A DNA stretch of 19,674 nt from Octopus sinensis (taxonomy: Eukaryota), in the NCBI RefSeq assembly GCF_006345805.1, contig NW_021824084.1:1-19674 (forward strand), written 5' to 3'. Every line of letters begins with the position of its first letter. Position 1 is the first letter of the stretch. The notes under the pieces are model-generated. The model had not been told where the DNA came from and did not search any database. It worked only from the letters and a program-made list of their open reading frames with translations. A program made the translations under genes and the position numbers. Positions 18,507-19,674 of this stretch are shown piece by piece.

Positions 18507-18579
18507 GCAAATAGTGGGGATCAAGATACAGAATTGGTGTACTAAGTACCACTCCTATATCTTGACCTCCACTATTTGC
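18507..18579. repeat. 73-bp imperfect palindrome
   Basis: gcaaatagtggggatcaagata and tatcttgacctccactatttgc are 22-bp arms with 2 mismatches. The interior is also partly self-complementary. Confidence 0.8.
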
Positions 18580-18922
18580 CTCTGTGTAGTATTATATGCA
18601 TTATTTTCTGAAATCGTTCTGCCACAGATATAACAAAATGAAACGATGTAATTCTTTTAGTTTCGGTTCTTAATGTAAATTTGTTAAAAATGGTTTATCC
18701 TTTTTGGTTGAAATCTATATAGTCATCTGCCCTGAAGATAGCGATTTCTTTCAAATTGATGTAATGTTTTCAAAGATCAAATAAATGGAGCCGCTTGAAA
18801 CGTCCGTAACGTATTGATACCTGTACAACCTTGTTACTTATTTACATTCTGTTCACCTAACTTGGAGCTGTGCGGACTATACTGAACTGCCTCAATCTAA
18901 GTAACTAATTCAACTGAATCTG

Positions 18923-18924
<2 letters not shown>

Positions 18925-18962
<38 letters not shown>

Positions 18963-18978
18963 ATGTATATATATATAC

Positions 18979-19040
<62 letters not shown>

Positions 19041-19042
19041 TT

Positions 19043-19077
<35 letters not shown>

Positions 19078-19166
19078 CATACGTGTGTTGGCGTGTGTGC
19101 AAGGCTCTTTTATGTATGCATATGTGTGTATGTGTTCGTAGTTATGAAGTATTTATAAATAATATA

Positions 19167-19219
<53 letters not shown>

Positions 19220-19501
19220 GATATATAATATATATGCACATATATCTAAATACTTACATACACTTACGAACACATACACACATATCATACATAAAAGCCT
19301 CTGCACACACGCCAACACACTGAAGTATATACGTATACGTAATCATATACACACATATGTATGTATATATGTAATTATGTCGAGTTTGCAGTTGTCTGTA
19401 TATATTTTATACATGCATTCGCACACAGACACACACATATATGTATACAAATATGTATGTATATAAATATAAATGTGAATATATATATATATATATGCAT
19501 C

Positions 19502-19538
<37 letters not shown>

Positions 19539-19640
19539 TACATTTATACATTTATATATATATGTATATACATATATATACATATATACATACATATATA
19601 TATATAATATAATTATTACATATATGTATGTATGTAATAT
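18925..19640. repeat. (TA)n/(TG)n/(CA)n microsatellite field
   Basis: Directly visible. Confidence 0.93.
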
Positions 19641-19674
19641 ATACAGACAACTGCAAACTCAACCGCTACCAGTC

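Noticed and set aside
248-19612. The many ORFs rich in YI, CV, HT, poly-I, poly-L, poly-E/K/R, SL or YLPT
   Set aside because: They are translations of stop-free microsatellites (TA, TG/CA, AAT, GAA, CT, TACC) and show no protein-family motifs.

Overview
This is AT-rich eukaryotic non-coding DNA with very dense microsatellites and a patchwork of transposon remnants. The SINE families and repeat density point to an octopus or other coleoid cephalopod (inference from recalled sequence, not searched). I cannot support any host protein-coding gene: almost all listed ORFs are translations of simple repeats. The only real coding remnants come from non-LTR retrotransposons: two CR1/L2-group ORF2 C-termini (9551-10886, minus) and two restriction-like-endonuclease (RLE) LINE C-termini (2876-3028 and 11294-11611). 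Also present are three tRNA-derived SINE families (my labels A, B, C), a hAT MITE with an 8-bp TSD (13928-14238), a 517-bp solo LTR with a 4-bp TSD (14330-14846), and a DINE-1/Helentron-like fragment. The most interesting signal is a ~140-bp palindrome (9393-9531) holding two divergent minimal type I hammerhead ribozyme motifs. They have a non-canonical CCGACGA core and a self-complementary stem III, as in dimer-cleaving Penelope-like-element hammerheads. Other highlights are RLE LINEs sitting in (AAT)n and (ACAT)n arrays, a SINE-LINE shared 3' stem-loop, a monomer/dimer/trimer SINE series and a tail-swapped SINE pair. All coordinates were read by eye and are approximate at element edges.
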